Shown: one piece after another, positions 19,383 to 27,376 of the stretch
How positions within the stretch are numbered: position 1 is the first letter of the stretch
How the letters are laid out: every line of letters starts with the position of its first letter
DNA from: Myxococcales bacterium
GTDB taxonomy: Bacteria > Myxococcota_A > Polyangia > Fen-1088
DNA: 64,000 bases
Direction of reading: 5' to 3'
Assembly: GCA_022184915.1 (NCBI GenBank)
Contig: JAGTJU010000008.1
Coordinates: forward strand, 6,760-70,759
The notes under the pieces: generated by a model
Databases searched by the model: none
Seen by the model: only the letters and a program-made list of their open reading frames with translations
What the model was told of the DNA's origin: nothing
Translations under genes and position numbers: made by a program

Positions 19383-21270
19383 TCACCACTTCCAGTCTTC
19401 GTTTCGAGACCGCTTTGGGCGCGATCTGCCGGTCCTCTGCTATCGCCCCCCAGGGCACCGCGAGCCCAAGGAGCTTGCCCTTCTCGACGAAAACGAGCTT
19501 GTTCTCCATCCAAGACGAGATCCACTCGTCCATGACAGCCGCTTCGATGCCGGGGAATCTGCGTCGCAGCTCGGCGATCGAGATGATCCTTTCACATTCC
19601 AAGTACACGTCCCGCTCAGGGCCCCTCAGCCAGTGAAAACGTGCATTCTTGCCGCGAAAGTCTCGGATCTTGAGATAGTCCCGTCCGTCTTGCATGGAAA
19701 GCAATAGGTTTCCCTCCACGTGAGGTCGCAGTGAGTCGTAGTGATTCCGCCACTCCCGCAGGGCCTCTTTCACCTTTCGCCAAAGGGGGCGAAGCGCGTC
19801 CAACTGGGCGCTGTCGAAAGACTTCTCGGTCAGGAAGAGCCGTTGGTTCAGGTCCGGCGGCAAGAGCATGCCATACATGTGATAGTTGCGGACGTTGCGG
19901 ATTCCGAACGTCTCTGGTGCCTTGTATGCTGGTGCCTGATACACCAGCGAGAAGTCGGCGATGTCAAGCGGTCTATAGCCTCGCGCGAACGCGATGTTCG
20001 TCAGTGTTTCGGCGATGTCTGCTTCGTCCATGCCCGGGTAGTCTACGATCAAGTTTGCCGTGTTCTTGATGCCGTATTGCTCACAGAACTTCATCGCCTG
20101 CAGATTCTGTAAGGTCGTCGTTCCCTTCACCATCTTCTCGAGAACAGACGTCGAGAGCGCTTCTATACCAAACTGCACCACACGGGCTCCAGCGCGGCTG
20201 AGTCGTCGAATCTGGTCGGGGTGTACAGACGCACGCGCTTCCATCCAGAAGTCGAGGCCGCCACCGATCGCGGTCAGTGCCTCGATGAACCCATCCGCTT
20301 CGCGGTGTCGAAGGATATTGTCGACGACGGTGAAATCGGGACACTCGTACTTTCTTGCGAGTTCGCGGATATCTTCGATCGACTGCTGGACGGGTTTCTC
20401 CCGATACCCATGCCATTGCAGGTTTAGATTGCAGAACGTGCAGCTCAGCATGGGGTCGACATGGCTTCGGTCCCACCAGCACCCCCTGCTGGTCTCTACC
20501 GGTATACGGATGCGGCCGATTTCCTCCTGGGAGTTGCCGCAGGAACGCAGAGTGCGAAAGTATCCGTCGTAGTTGGGTGGAGGTAGATCTGCCATGTTTG
20601 GGAGTTGGTCAACCTCGCCGAAGGCCGCCTCGGGTGAGTTGCGATGTACGACCGCCTTGACCTCCACAGTCTCGCCAGGGGCTGTCTTCTCCAAAGCCGA
20701 AGTCAGATTCAACAGGGGACTCTCGCCTTCACCGTTGACGACATAGTCCAAAAATGGGAACTCCTTTAGCAGAGTCTTCCCGATCAGGTTCGTGCAGCTT
20801 GGACCTCCCAGGACGATGTCCGTGGAGGGGGCTCTTCGCTTGACTTCGCGTGCGGCGAGCAGGCTTGGAATCATCTGGGCGAAAACCACGCTGAAACCCA
20901 CGAGCCGATATTGTGACCAATCAGTCCGGTCGAGCCTGTCGAGCAGGCTCGACCGTAGGGTCTCGATGACGCTTCCGAAGTCTAACTCACGGAAGGCTGG
21001 ATCGCTGTTTCGCGACGATTCGAGATAGTGGGCGATGGCGTTCGCGCGCTCGGGAAAGAAGATGTAGGCGAACAGGGCTTCGCCGACCCAGCTCACCGAG
21101 ATTCGCTTGGCCAAATGGATCCCGACAGCATCAGCCAACTCCAGGAACAGCTCATACGTGTCCACTTCGATGTCGGGACGGTGTCGCTCCATCCAGGCCT
21201 TGAGGGTTCCCAGTTGAATCGATGGGCTTAGCGGATCCTGCCAGGGCATCGAGATGAGGGCGATGCGCAT
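19375..21270 (-). CDS. B12-binding-domain radical SAM enzyme (class-B rSAM; RiPP-type C-methyltransferase-like) with non-canonical Cx12Cx2C cluster motif
   Basis: N-terminal Rossmann-like B12-binding region (MRIALISMP…). The rSAM core ETSRGCWWDRSHVDPMLSCTFCN is spaced Cx12CxxC instead of CxxxCxxC. 631 aa. Confidence 0.7.
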   Translation of the reverse strand: MRIALISMPWQDPLSPSIQLGTLKAWMERHRPDIEVDTYELFLELADAVGIHLAKRISVSWVGEALFAYIFFPERANAIAHYLESSRNSDPAFRELDFGSVIETLRSSLLDRLDRTDWSQYRLVGFSVVFAQMIPSLLAAREVKRRAPSTDIVLGGPSCTNLIGKTLLKEFPFLDYVVNGEGESPLLNLTSALEKTAPGETVEVKAVVHRNSPEAAFGEVDQLPNMADLPPPNYDGYFRTLRSCGNSQEEIGRIRIPVETSRGCWWDRSHVDPMLSCTFCNLNLQWHGYREKPVQQSIEDIRELARKYECPDFTVVDNILRHREADGFIEALTAIGGGLDFWMEARASVHPDQIRRLSRAGARVVQFGIEALSTSVLEKMVKGTTTLQNLQAMKFCEQYGIKNTANLIVDYPGMDEADIAETLTNIAFARGYRPLDIADFSLVYQAPAYKAPETFGIRNVRNYHMYGMLLPPDLNQRLFLTEKSFDSAQLDALRPLWRKVKEALREWRNHYDSLRPHVEGNLLLSMQDGRDYLKIRDFRGKNARFHWLRGPERDVYLECERIISIAELRRRFPGIEAAVMDEWISSWMENKLVFVEKGKLLGLAVPWGAIAEDRQIAPKAVSKRRLEVVNA

Positions 21271-21306
21271 GCGAATTGTTCCTTGGTTTGGGGTGTTTCG
21301 GTGGGC

Positions 21307-22008
21307 TCAATGACGTCGGGCGGGAACCAACAACATCGCATCCTCGATGTTCGCCCGTAGCCAAAGATCGTCCCGTGCCAGGGGCATGGCAAGTAGGGAA
21401 TCTCGTGGCGCCGCGGCTCCCGCGCGGTAGACGTGAACCGTCCAGTCGGCCCCCCACGTGTGGATGAGGCGCGTCGCCAGGGCAAGGCGGCCACCCGGAG
21501 GCACGTAAGCTGTGTTCCACAGCGCCAAAGACACGCGATGGTCGAGCTGGTAGCCATGATCGAGAACGTCGCGAGCGTCTGCGATCAGCGTGGCGGGTCG
21601 AAGAAGATCGTTGCCCAAAAGGCCTGCGTAGTTGTCGAGCGCCGAGGGCGCGGCGACCACCTCGAAGGTCACGTTCTGCTGCGCCGCCACAGCCGCGGCC
21701 ACAGGAGTGAAGGGGTTGCCGAAGCTAGGATTACCCAACACGGCGACCGCCGCTCGCTCGTGGGCCCGTGCTGCAGAGACCGCGAGCTGAGCGGCTTTCG
21801 CCGTCACTCCAAAGGGGCCGGCGTCTCGGAAGACAGCCTGGTCGAGGTTGATGGCCGTTGGCGCCAATCGATGAAGCCTTTGTGACAGAACGGGCGGCAA
21901 ACCGAAGTGTCCCACCCACCTGCATTCCGACAGCGTTCGCGCCCCTTGCAGAGTCAGCTGATCTCCGGAGCCAAATCCAAGGCCGATCACGGAGAGCATC
22001 GAGATCAC
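21307..22008 (-). CDS. second tetrapyrrole-methylase-family SAM methyltransferase
   Basis: GTG start. MLSVIGLGFGSGDQLTLQGARTLSECRWV and AVLGNPSFGNPF (GDP-loop) fit the TP_methylase fold. 233 aa. Confidence 0.6.
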   Translation of the reverse strand: MISMLSVIGLGFGSGDQLTLQGARTLSECRWVGHFGLPPVLSQRLHRLAPTAINLDQAVFRDAGPFGVTAKAAQLAVSAARAHERAAVAVLGNPSFGNPFTPVAAAVAAQQNVTFEVVAAPSALDNYAGLLGNDLLRPATLIADARDVLDHGYQLDHRVSLALWNTAYVPPGGRLALATRLIHTWGADWTVHVYRAGAAAPRDSLLAMPLARDDLWLRANIEDAMLLVPARRH

Positions 22009-22009
22009 G

Positions 22010-23005
22010 TCACTTCCACCTCACCCCGTCCAACTTGGCTCCGGTGAGGATGGCCCCATCGAGATTTGCACCACGGAGGTCCGAATTGCTCAGGTTGGCC
22101 TCCGTCAGGTCGGCGCCTGCCAGACTGGCGCCACGAAGATCCTGGTTCGAGAGGTCCGCACCTTTGAGGACAGCGCCGCGGAGCTGAATGACGGGGAAAC
22201 TGGGTGTCGCCATCGCTGCCTGGTAGGCCGCCGCAGCCGCGTAGAAGGACGGGTCGATGGCGGGTGCGCAGCGAACGGCGGCTGGGTTGTAGAAGGACGG
22301 GTCGATGGCGGGTGCGCAGCGAACGGCGGCTGGGTTGTAGAAGGACGGGTCGATGGCGGGTGCGCAGCGAACGGCGGCCGGGTTGTAGATGGACGGGTCG
22401 ATGGCGGGCGCGCAACGAACGGCGGCCGGGTTGTAGATGGACGGGTCGATGGCGGGTGCGCAACGAACGGCGGCCGGGTTGTAGAAGGACGGGTCGATGG
22501 CGGGCGCGCAACGAACGGCGGCCGGGTTGTAAATGGACGGGTCGATGGCGGGCGCGCAACGAACGGCGGCCGGGTTGTAAATGGACGGGTCGATGGCGGG
22601 TGCGCAACGGACGGCCGCGGGGTTGTAGGCGTCCTGGGGCGGGTATCTCGTAGGTTGCTCCAGAGCACCTAGGTGTGGATCTACTTTGAATTCCTTTTCC
22701 TGACTCATCACGTTCTCCTGAGCGGCAATGGGATTTGGGTAGGGATATTCGGCATGCAGAAGCTTGCCCGTCTGCGGATCACGGACGTATCGGGTTCGGG
22801 AGGTGGTCTCGACGATGCGACGGTGTGCGTCCAGCGCGCGACGAGCCACTTCCCAGTCGATCGCGCGCAATGAGGCCAGTTCGCGACCCGTGAGGCCAGC
22901 CCTGCCGGCCGCGTTTTCGGTCCTCGCCAAGCGCTCGAGGGTGTCGAGGTCGATGCGCTCCAACGTCAGCTCACTGAAGAGCCGCTGCAGATTCTCCAGG
23001 CTCAT
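22010..23005 (-). CDS. repeat protein / candidate multi-core RiPP precursor: ~100-aa N-terminal domain, 8 tandem 16-aa repeats [15 protein letters not shown](I/F), C-terminal pentapeptide-repeat domain
   Basis: 331-aa ORF. There is an internal SD-like AGGAGAACGTG-ATG (Met at ~22703) just before the repeats. The repeats occupy ~22241-22630. The C-terminus [45 protein letters not shown] forms A(D/N)LxG pentapeptide repeats. Confidence 0.6.
   Translation of the reverse strand: MSLENLQRLFSELTLERIDLDTLERLARTENAAGRAGLTGRELASLRAIDWEVARRALDAHRRIVETTSRTRYVRDPQTGKLLHAEYPYPNPIAAQENVMSQEKEFKVDPHLGALEQPTRYPPQDAYNPAAVRCAPAIDPSIYNPAAVRCAPAIDPSIYNPAAVRCAPAIDPSFYNPAAVRCAPAIDPSIYNPAAVRCAPAIDPSIYNPAAVRCAPAIDPSFYNPAAVRCAPAIDPSFYNPAAVRCAPAIDPSFYAAAAAYQAAMATPSFPVIQLRGAVLKGADLSNQDLRGASLAGADLTEANLSNSDLRGANLDGAILTGAKLDGVRWK
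22241..22630 (-). repeat. tandem array of 8 near-identical 48-bp repeats (coding)
   Basis: GTAGAAGGACGGGTCGATGGCGGGTGCGCAGCGAACGGCGGCTGGGTT repeated 8 times with 0-3 substitutions. The three long alternative-frame ORFs over it (22005-22607, 22105-22668, 22204-22653) are artefacts of the repeat. Confidence 0.9.
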
Positions 23006-23020
23006 GGCGTGGCCTCAGCG

Positions 23021-23917
23021 TCAGGCGGCGCGGGCGCGGGTCGCCGCCGGGAAGAGATCGTTTAGGATCTCGAGGTTGTGGAAAAGGACCCAGGGCTCTG
23101 CCCCGATTGTCTCGGTGTATACGGCGCGAAGGTTTGTACAACGTGGAATCACGTGTTGGAGGGCTTCGACGGTGATGGGGTTGAGGGGACCCGTGTAGTC
23201 GTCGACCCAGGTGAGGTGGGCGGGATCTCCGAACATGCCGCCGGCGGTGTTGATCTCTCCGACGTGACTCAAGGGGAATTCGTCGATGCGATCGAGGAGA
23301 GGGCGTCGATGAAGCAGGTTGTAGCTGAAGAAGTGGCCCACATCGAAGTTGAGCGTTGCGCCCGTGGCTTCCACGAACGAACGGAAGAACGTGGAAAGGT
23401 GCATCTCGTCCGGTCCGGGCATGTAGAAGTGCGGAACCTCTGGGAAGAGCGACACCGGTACTCGTTCGCTCACCTCGCGCATCCGTCGAATACAAACCGA
23501 GAGGCATTCCTCCGTGAGGAAGGGCTGCACGTAGTTGGGGTGGCCTTGCGGACGAGAGCGAGCGAAGTTGGTGACTATGACGTCTTCGGTGGCCCACTCT
23601 GGCCGCCAGATGTCGACGATCTCATGGATTCTGCTCCAGTTCGCCGTGATCGTCGTACCATCGAAGGGAAGCTCGAAGTCCCCGCTGGCGTGCCAAACGT
23701 ACTTCAATCCTGCGGGAAGTTGGGCCTTTAGCCGCTCCATGAAACCGCGGGAGTAGTTCTCGTAGGCGTAGACCGTCAGATACTGACAAAGGCCGCGCCG
23801 GTAACACTCGGTTACCACGTCAATGACCCCTGGCTCGCACAAATCGTTCGCCACACCCACGCCAAGCGCTCCCGCTTGGATCCGACTCGAATCTGACACT
23901 CCAAACACCTCCGGCAT
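23021..23917 (-). CDS. DUF692/MNIO-family enzyme, first gene of the tailoring operon
   Basis: 298 aa. GVGVANDL…VIDVVTECY… YVWHASGDF… TLNFDVGHFFSYNLL… LSHVGEINT align block-by-block with the DUF692 domains at 3454-4869 and 40012-40956 and with the MbnB pattern. Confidence 0.65.
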   Translation of the reverse strand: MPEVFGVSDSSRIQAGALGVGVANDLCEPGVIDVVTECYRRGLCQYLTVYAYENYSRGFMERLKAQLPAGLKYVWHASGDFELPFDGTTITANWSRIHEIVDIWRPEWATEDVIVTNFARSRPQGHPNYVQPFLTEECLSVCIRRMREVSERVPVSLFPEVPHFYMPGPDEMHLSTFFRSFVEATGATLNFDVGHFFSYNLLHRRPLLDRIDEFPLSHVGEINTAGGMFGDPAHLTWVDDYTGPLNPITVEALQHVIPRCTNLRAVYTETIGAEPWVLFHNLEILNDLFPAATRARAA

Positions 23918-24037
23918 CCAGTGACGATGCTATCCGCGCCGGATAATATCTGCGGCTTCGCGCCATGGCAACAGGAAACACGGGCGCGCTTTGCTTGTAG
24001 AACCTCTGGGTGACTCGAAACTAGGAGGGTCCCGAGG

Positions 24038-24214
24038 ATGCGCAAGAGCAGATTCACTGAAGACCAGATGGTCAAGATGCTGCGAGACGCCGACCGGACA
24101 CGCAGGCGGGTCCCAAGATCAGGGCGGTGGCCGCCGACGAAAGCCATCGCCTCAACGACGCCTATGCCCGCATCGCCGCACACGTCGCACAGGGCAACGT
24201 GCCGAAGGTCTAAA
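24038..24214 (+). mobile_element. IS3-family OrfA N-terminal scrap
   Basis: MRKSRFTEDQMVKMLRDADRT… is the standard IS3/IS407-type OrfA start. A frameshift follows after ~20 codons and then a stop. Confidence 0.45.
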
Positions 24215-24349
24215 CGAGCCGCGGGCGGCGAGCGCCCCGATGCACGGGACGAGCCCAGGAGGATCGCGAGCGCCGGACGGAACCTCGGTCACCGGCGAAG
24301 GTGGAGCCTTGGCCCACCACGCCGGTGATCCGTTTTATCTCGTTGCCTC

Positions 24350-26950
24350 TCAGGGCAGCAGCCGACCCAGGTTGATGAGCTGGGTCTCGCCGCTGTTGTC
24401 GTCGACGCCATCGTTGTCGTTGACGATCCAGACATCGCCGGTGCGGGTCACCGCGCTGCCTTCGATCTTCTCGTAGACGGGGCCCGCCGGCCGCTTGAGA
24501 TCAGGCACCAGGTCGCGAACCAGCGTCTTGGTCACGGTGGCGCCGTCGGCCACGCCTGCCAGCGTCACCCGGTAGAGCCGCTTGATGACGGCGTCGGGAC
24601 CGCCCTGATTGTCGCGTTCCACCACCAGGAAGCTGCCGTCACCCAGGCTGCTGATATCGGAGAGGCCCACCCAGCCGCCGTTGGCCGAAGCCGGTGCCTC
24701 GAGCGGGTAGAAGGCGAAGGTCCAGGTGTCCGACACCACATCGTAGATGCCGATGCGCGCGTTGGCATCGCCCTGCCAGACCCGCTGGAAGGCCACGTAC
24801 ACCTTGCCAGCGTGTTCCGACACGCCTTCGTAGCCGAAGCGGATCTGCTTGGCGTTGATGGCATCCGGCAGCTTCACCACCTTCTCGATGACGCCATTGG
24901 CGTTCGTCTTGAACAGGAAGTTCAGGGTGTTGACCGGCCGCGCGGCTTCGCCGACCGTGCCCGCCCCTTCCGATGCGATCCAGAAGCCACCATCGCCCGC
25001 CACGGCAATGCCTTCGGGATCGATGTTCACCGTCTTGTCTGGGTTGATCATGGCCGCCAGATCCGCCTCATCGAAGACGTCTTTGCGGGTGGCGTCGTTC
25101 GCCGGAACGGTGGCATCAGCCAAATCCACGGCCGCCACCGCCTTGAACACGTCGTTCGTGTCGCGAATCGCAATTTCGCGAACGATGCGCGCAGGCCGGA
25201 AGCCCGTGTCGATGGCGAAGATGCGGTTCGCCTCGAAGGCGCTGTCCTCGATGGCGTAGAGCATGTTTCCGTGAATCGGATCGGCTGCCAGGCCCGACAT
25301 GGCTGCCCACGGGATGGGGTTTCCGTTCAACCGGTCGTTCGAGATCAGCGTGGGGTAGGCCGCGGGCGCGGTTTCGTAGGCGTAAATGTTGATGACCGAC
25401 CGCACGAGATCTTCGCGGCTATCCTCTTCGCTGGCCACGACCAGCAGGTTGCGCGATGGGATCGCCAGGGCGCCTTCGGGACCGATCCCGGCAGGCACCG
25501 CCTGCTTGAACACCGGCTTCCTCAGATCGGCCACGTCGTACACGAACACCAGGCTCGAACGCTCGGAGTTCACGAACAAGTAGCGATTGTTCCCGAACAC
25601 CGCGAATTCCACGTTCTCAGGTTCGTTGCCTTTGTTGTCCGATCGGCCATCAGGATAATGCCCGAGGCGCGAAGCCATCACGTCCATCTCGCGACCAGAG
25701 CTGTAGACGACGTTGCCGTTGGTATCGAAAATGGTGAAACCACGGCTGCCGCCAGCCAGGTCGCCCTCGTCCGCCGTCGCGAAGAGATCCTTCGAAAGCC
25801 AGGCCACACCATCGGGCTCTCGGGGCACGTCCATCTTCGTCTCTGTCAACGAGATGATGCCGTCGTCCCTCGTGTCCACGCCCGTGAGGTTCACCTTGCC
25901 GGCGCTGAAGCTGCGCACGATGCTGCCATCGCTCAGCTTCACCAACACGATGCCGTTGTTCTCCTGCAGGCTGACCACGGCGATGTTGTCGCTGTTGATG
26001 TCCACGAACTCGGGTTCGGGATCCGTGGGGGTTTCGATGCCAGCGAGACCGGTGAGCACCACGTCTCGGGTGGTCCAGGCACTGGGCATACCCTCCAGGC
26101 TCACCACCACCAGCTTGCCCGCGGGCAGCTGAGGGATGGCGCCATCGTTCAGGTCTTCGTCACGCTGGTTCTCGATCACGACCGCGGCGTACTTGCCATC
26201 GGGGCTCACGGCCACCGAGTCGGGCTGCCCCCCAAGATCGATCTTGCGCACGGACATCTTCGTCGTCACGTCGACGACGTCCAGCTCGCCCGATACGTTC
26301 ATGAAGCCGGCGCTCTTGTTTACTCCCACGAGGGCGTAGTTGCCCACCACGGCCACCGACGTGGGTTCCCCCGCCAGATCCAGGGTGCCCGCCGCTTTGG
26401 GAGCCCGCGGATCCGTGATGTCCACGAAGCCCACGACCTTGCGGGGGCTGTCCGAGTAGATGAGGGTCATGCCGTCGGCGGAGGCGGCCACGATTTCGGC
26501 GGCGGTCTGCGTATCGTCATCGCAGTTTGCGTCGATCTGGCTGCACACCGGCAGCACGGCGATGCGGTTGAAGTTCTTGCCGGTGTCGACGCTGGTGGGA
26601 GCGCAAAGGAAGGACGTGGAAACGATCTCGGTCGCCTCGAGCTGTCCGTTGCCGTTGGCATCGGCGCCGCTGTCGAAGCGGATGCCGCCGTCGAAGCAGT
26701 GTGCGTCCCCCGTGGCGAGAACGGTCTGCACGGTCAAACCGGAGTGTCCGCTGGCGCCCATGGCACCGGAAGGTCCAGCGGCGCCCGGCGCCCCCATGTC
26801 ACCCGGAGGTCCGGCTTGCCCCGCACCACCAACGGGTCCTGCGGGGCCCGCGGGACCGTTCATTCCGTCTTCTCCATCGGATCCCGAGCATCCCACCAGC
26901 GGGGACAGCAGCAGGGGCACCGCAAGCACGATCTGTTTCAGCCGAAGCAT
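24350..26950 (-). CDS. large lipoprotein with collagen-like G-x-y repeat segment and beta-propeller-like body (phytase-like/choice-of-anchor-type domains)
   Basis: Lipobox LVGCSGS, then GPAGPAGPVGGAGQAGPPGDMGAPGAAGPSGAMGASG, then ~780 aa rich in D/G/N/T beta-strand repeats. The antisense ORFs 24812-26980, 24849-25259 and others are artefacts. Confidence 0.55.
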   Translation of the reverse strand: MLRLKQIVLAVPLLLSPLVGCSGSDGEDGMNGPAGPAGPVGGAGQAGPPGDMGAPGAAGPSGAMGASGHSGLTVQTVLATGDAHCFDGGIRFDSGADANGNGQLEATEIVSTSFLCAPTSVDTGKNFNRIAVLPVCSQIDANCDDDTQTAAEIVAASADGMTLIYSDSPRKVVGFVDITDPRAPKAAGTLDLAGEPTSVAVVGNYALVGVNKSAGFMNVSGELDVVDVTTKMSVRKIDLGGQPDSVAVSPDGKYAAVVIENQRDEDLNDGAIPQLPAGKLVVVSLEGMPSAWTTRDVVLTGLAGIETPTDPEPEFVDINSDNIAVVSLQENNGIVLVKLSDGSIVRSFSAGKVNLTGVDTRDDGIISLTETKMDVPREPDGVAWLSKDLFATADEGDLAGGSRGFTIFDTNGNVVYSSGREMDVMASRLGHYPDGRSDNKGNEPENVEFAVFGNNRYLFVNSERSSLVFVYDVADLRKPVFKQAVPAGIGPEGALAIPSRNLLVVASEEDSREDLVRSVINIYAYETAPAAYPTLISNDRLNGNPIPWAAMSGLAADPIHGNMLYAIEDSAFEANRIFAIDTGFRPARIVREIAIRDTNDVFKAVAAVDLADATVPANDATRKDVFDEADLAAMINPDKTVNIDPEGIAVAGDGGFWIASEGAGTVGEAARPVNTLNFLFKTNANGVIEKVVKLPDAINAKQIRFGYEGVSEHAGKVYVAFQRVWQGDANARIGIYDVVSDTWTFAFYPLEAPASANGGWVGLSDISSLGDGSFLVVERDNQGGPDAVIKRLYRVTLAGVADGATVTKTLVRDLVPDLKRPAGPVYEKIEGSAVTRTGDVWIVNDNDGVDDNSGETQLINLGRLLP

Positions 26951-27255
26951 TCTGTAACCTTTCCTGACGTCGTTTCGTGATCGCTCCCCAAGGGGAAGGC
27001 GCGGCGACCTTAACAGCGATGATCTTTCTTACGTCCGGGTGCGACAAAGTGTTTCCTGTCTGACAAGAACCTGTAGAAAAATTCGCGAGGTTACCGCTTG
27101 CGGTCGGCTCAACGAGCGGTCCGGTCGAACGCCGGCCGATTGGCTCCGAAGGGTTACTTCGGCTATCAGAGGCGCCTCCCCATGTCCACGCTCGTGCAGA
27201 TCCGCCGCCCCTCCGAGGCCGCGGCGCCCGCGTCCTCTGGTGAGCCGCCGGCTGG

Positions 27256-27338
27256 CGTCCGTGGAGACCTACGGGTGCCAGATGAACGTGGCCGACACCG
27301 GGATGGTGCTTGGCATGCTGGCGGGCGCAGGCTACGGC
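27256..27338 (+). pseudogene. 5' stub (~28 codons) of a MiaB/RimO-like radical SAM methylthiotransferase
   Basis: (V)ETYGCQMNVADTGMVLGMLAGAGY is the invariant MiaB-family N-terminus (xYGCQMN…). It is cut exactly where repeat copy D begins. Confidence 0.45.
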
Positions 27339-27376
27339 CCGGCAGCAAGGCAGAGGATGCGAGGCGGCTTACGTTA
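27338..27376 (+). repeat. repeat-family copy D (5' 39 bp only, ends …CTTACGTTAG)
   Basis: CCCGGCAGCAAGGCAGAGGATGCGAGGCGGCTTACGTTAG directly abutting the ISAzo13-like element. Confidence 0.7.

Noticed and set aside
22005-22668. Three long alternative-frame ORFs (22005-22607 -, 22105-22668 -, 22204-22653 +) with RRSLR / TRPS / GRWR periodic sequences
   Set aside because: These are artefacts of the 48-bp tandem repeat being open in all frames. Only the [15 protein letters not shown] frame is contiguous with non-repeat protein-like flanks and an SD/ATG.
24812-26980. 722-aa plus-strand ORF and several nested ORFs (24849-25259, 25713-26132, 26460-26957)
   Set aside because: They are antisense to the 866-aa collagen-like lipoprotein gene, with His/Arg/Val-rich composition typical of high-GC antisense frames.
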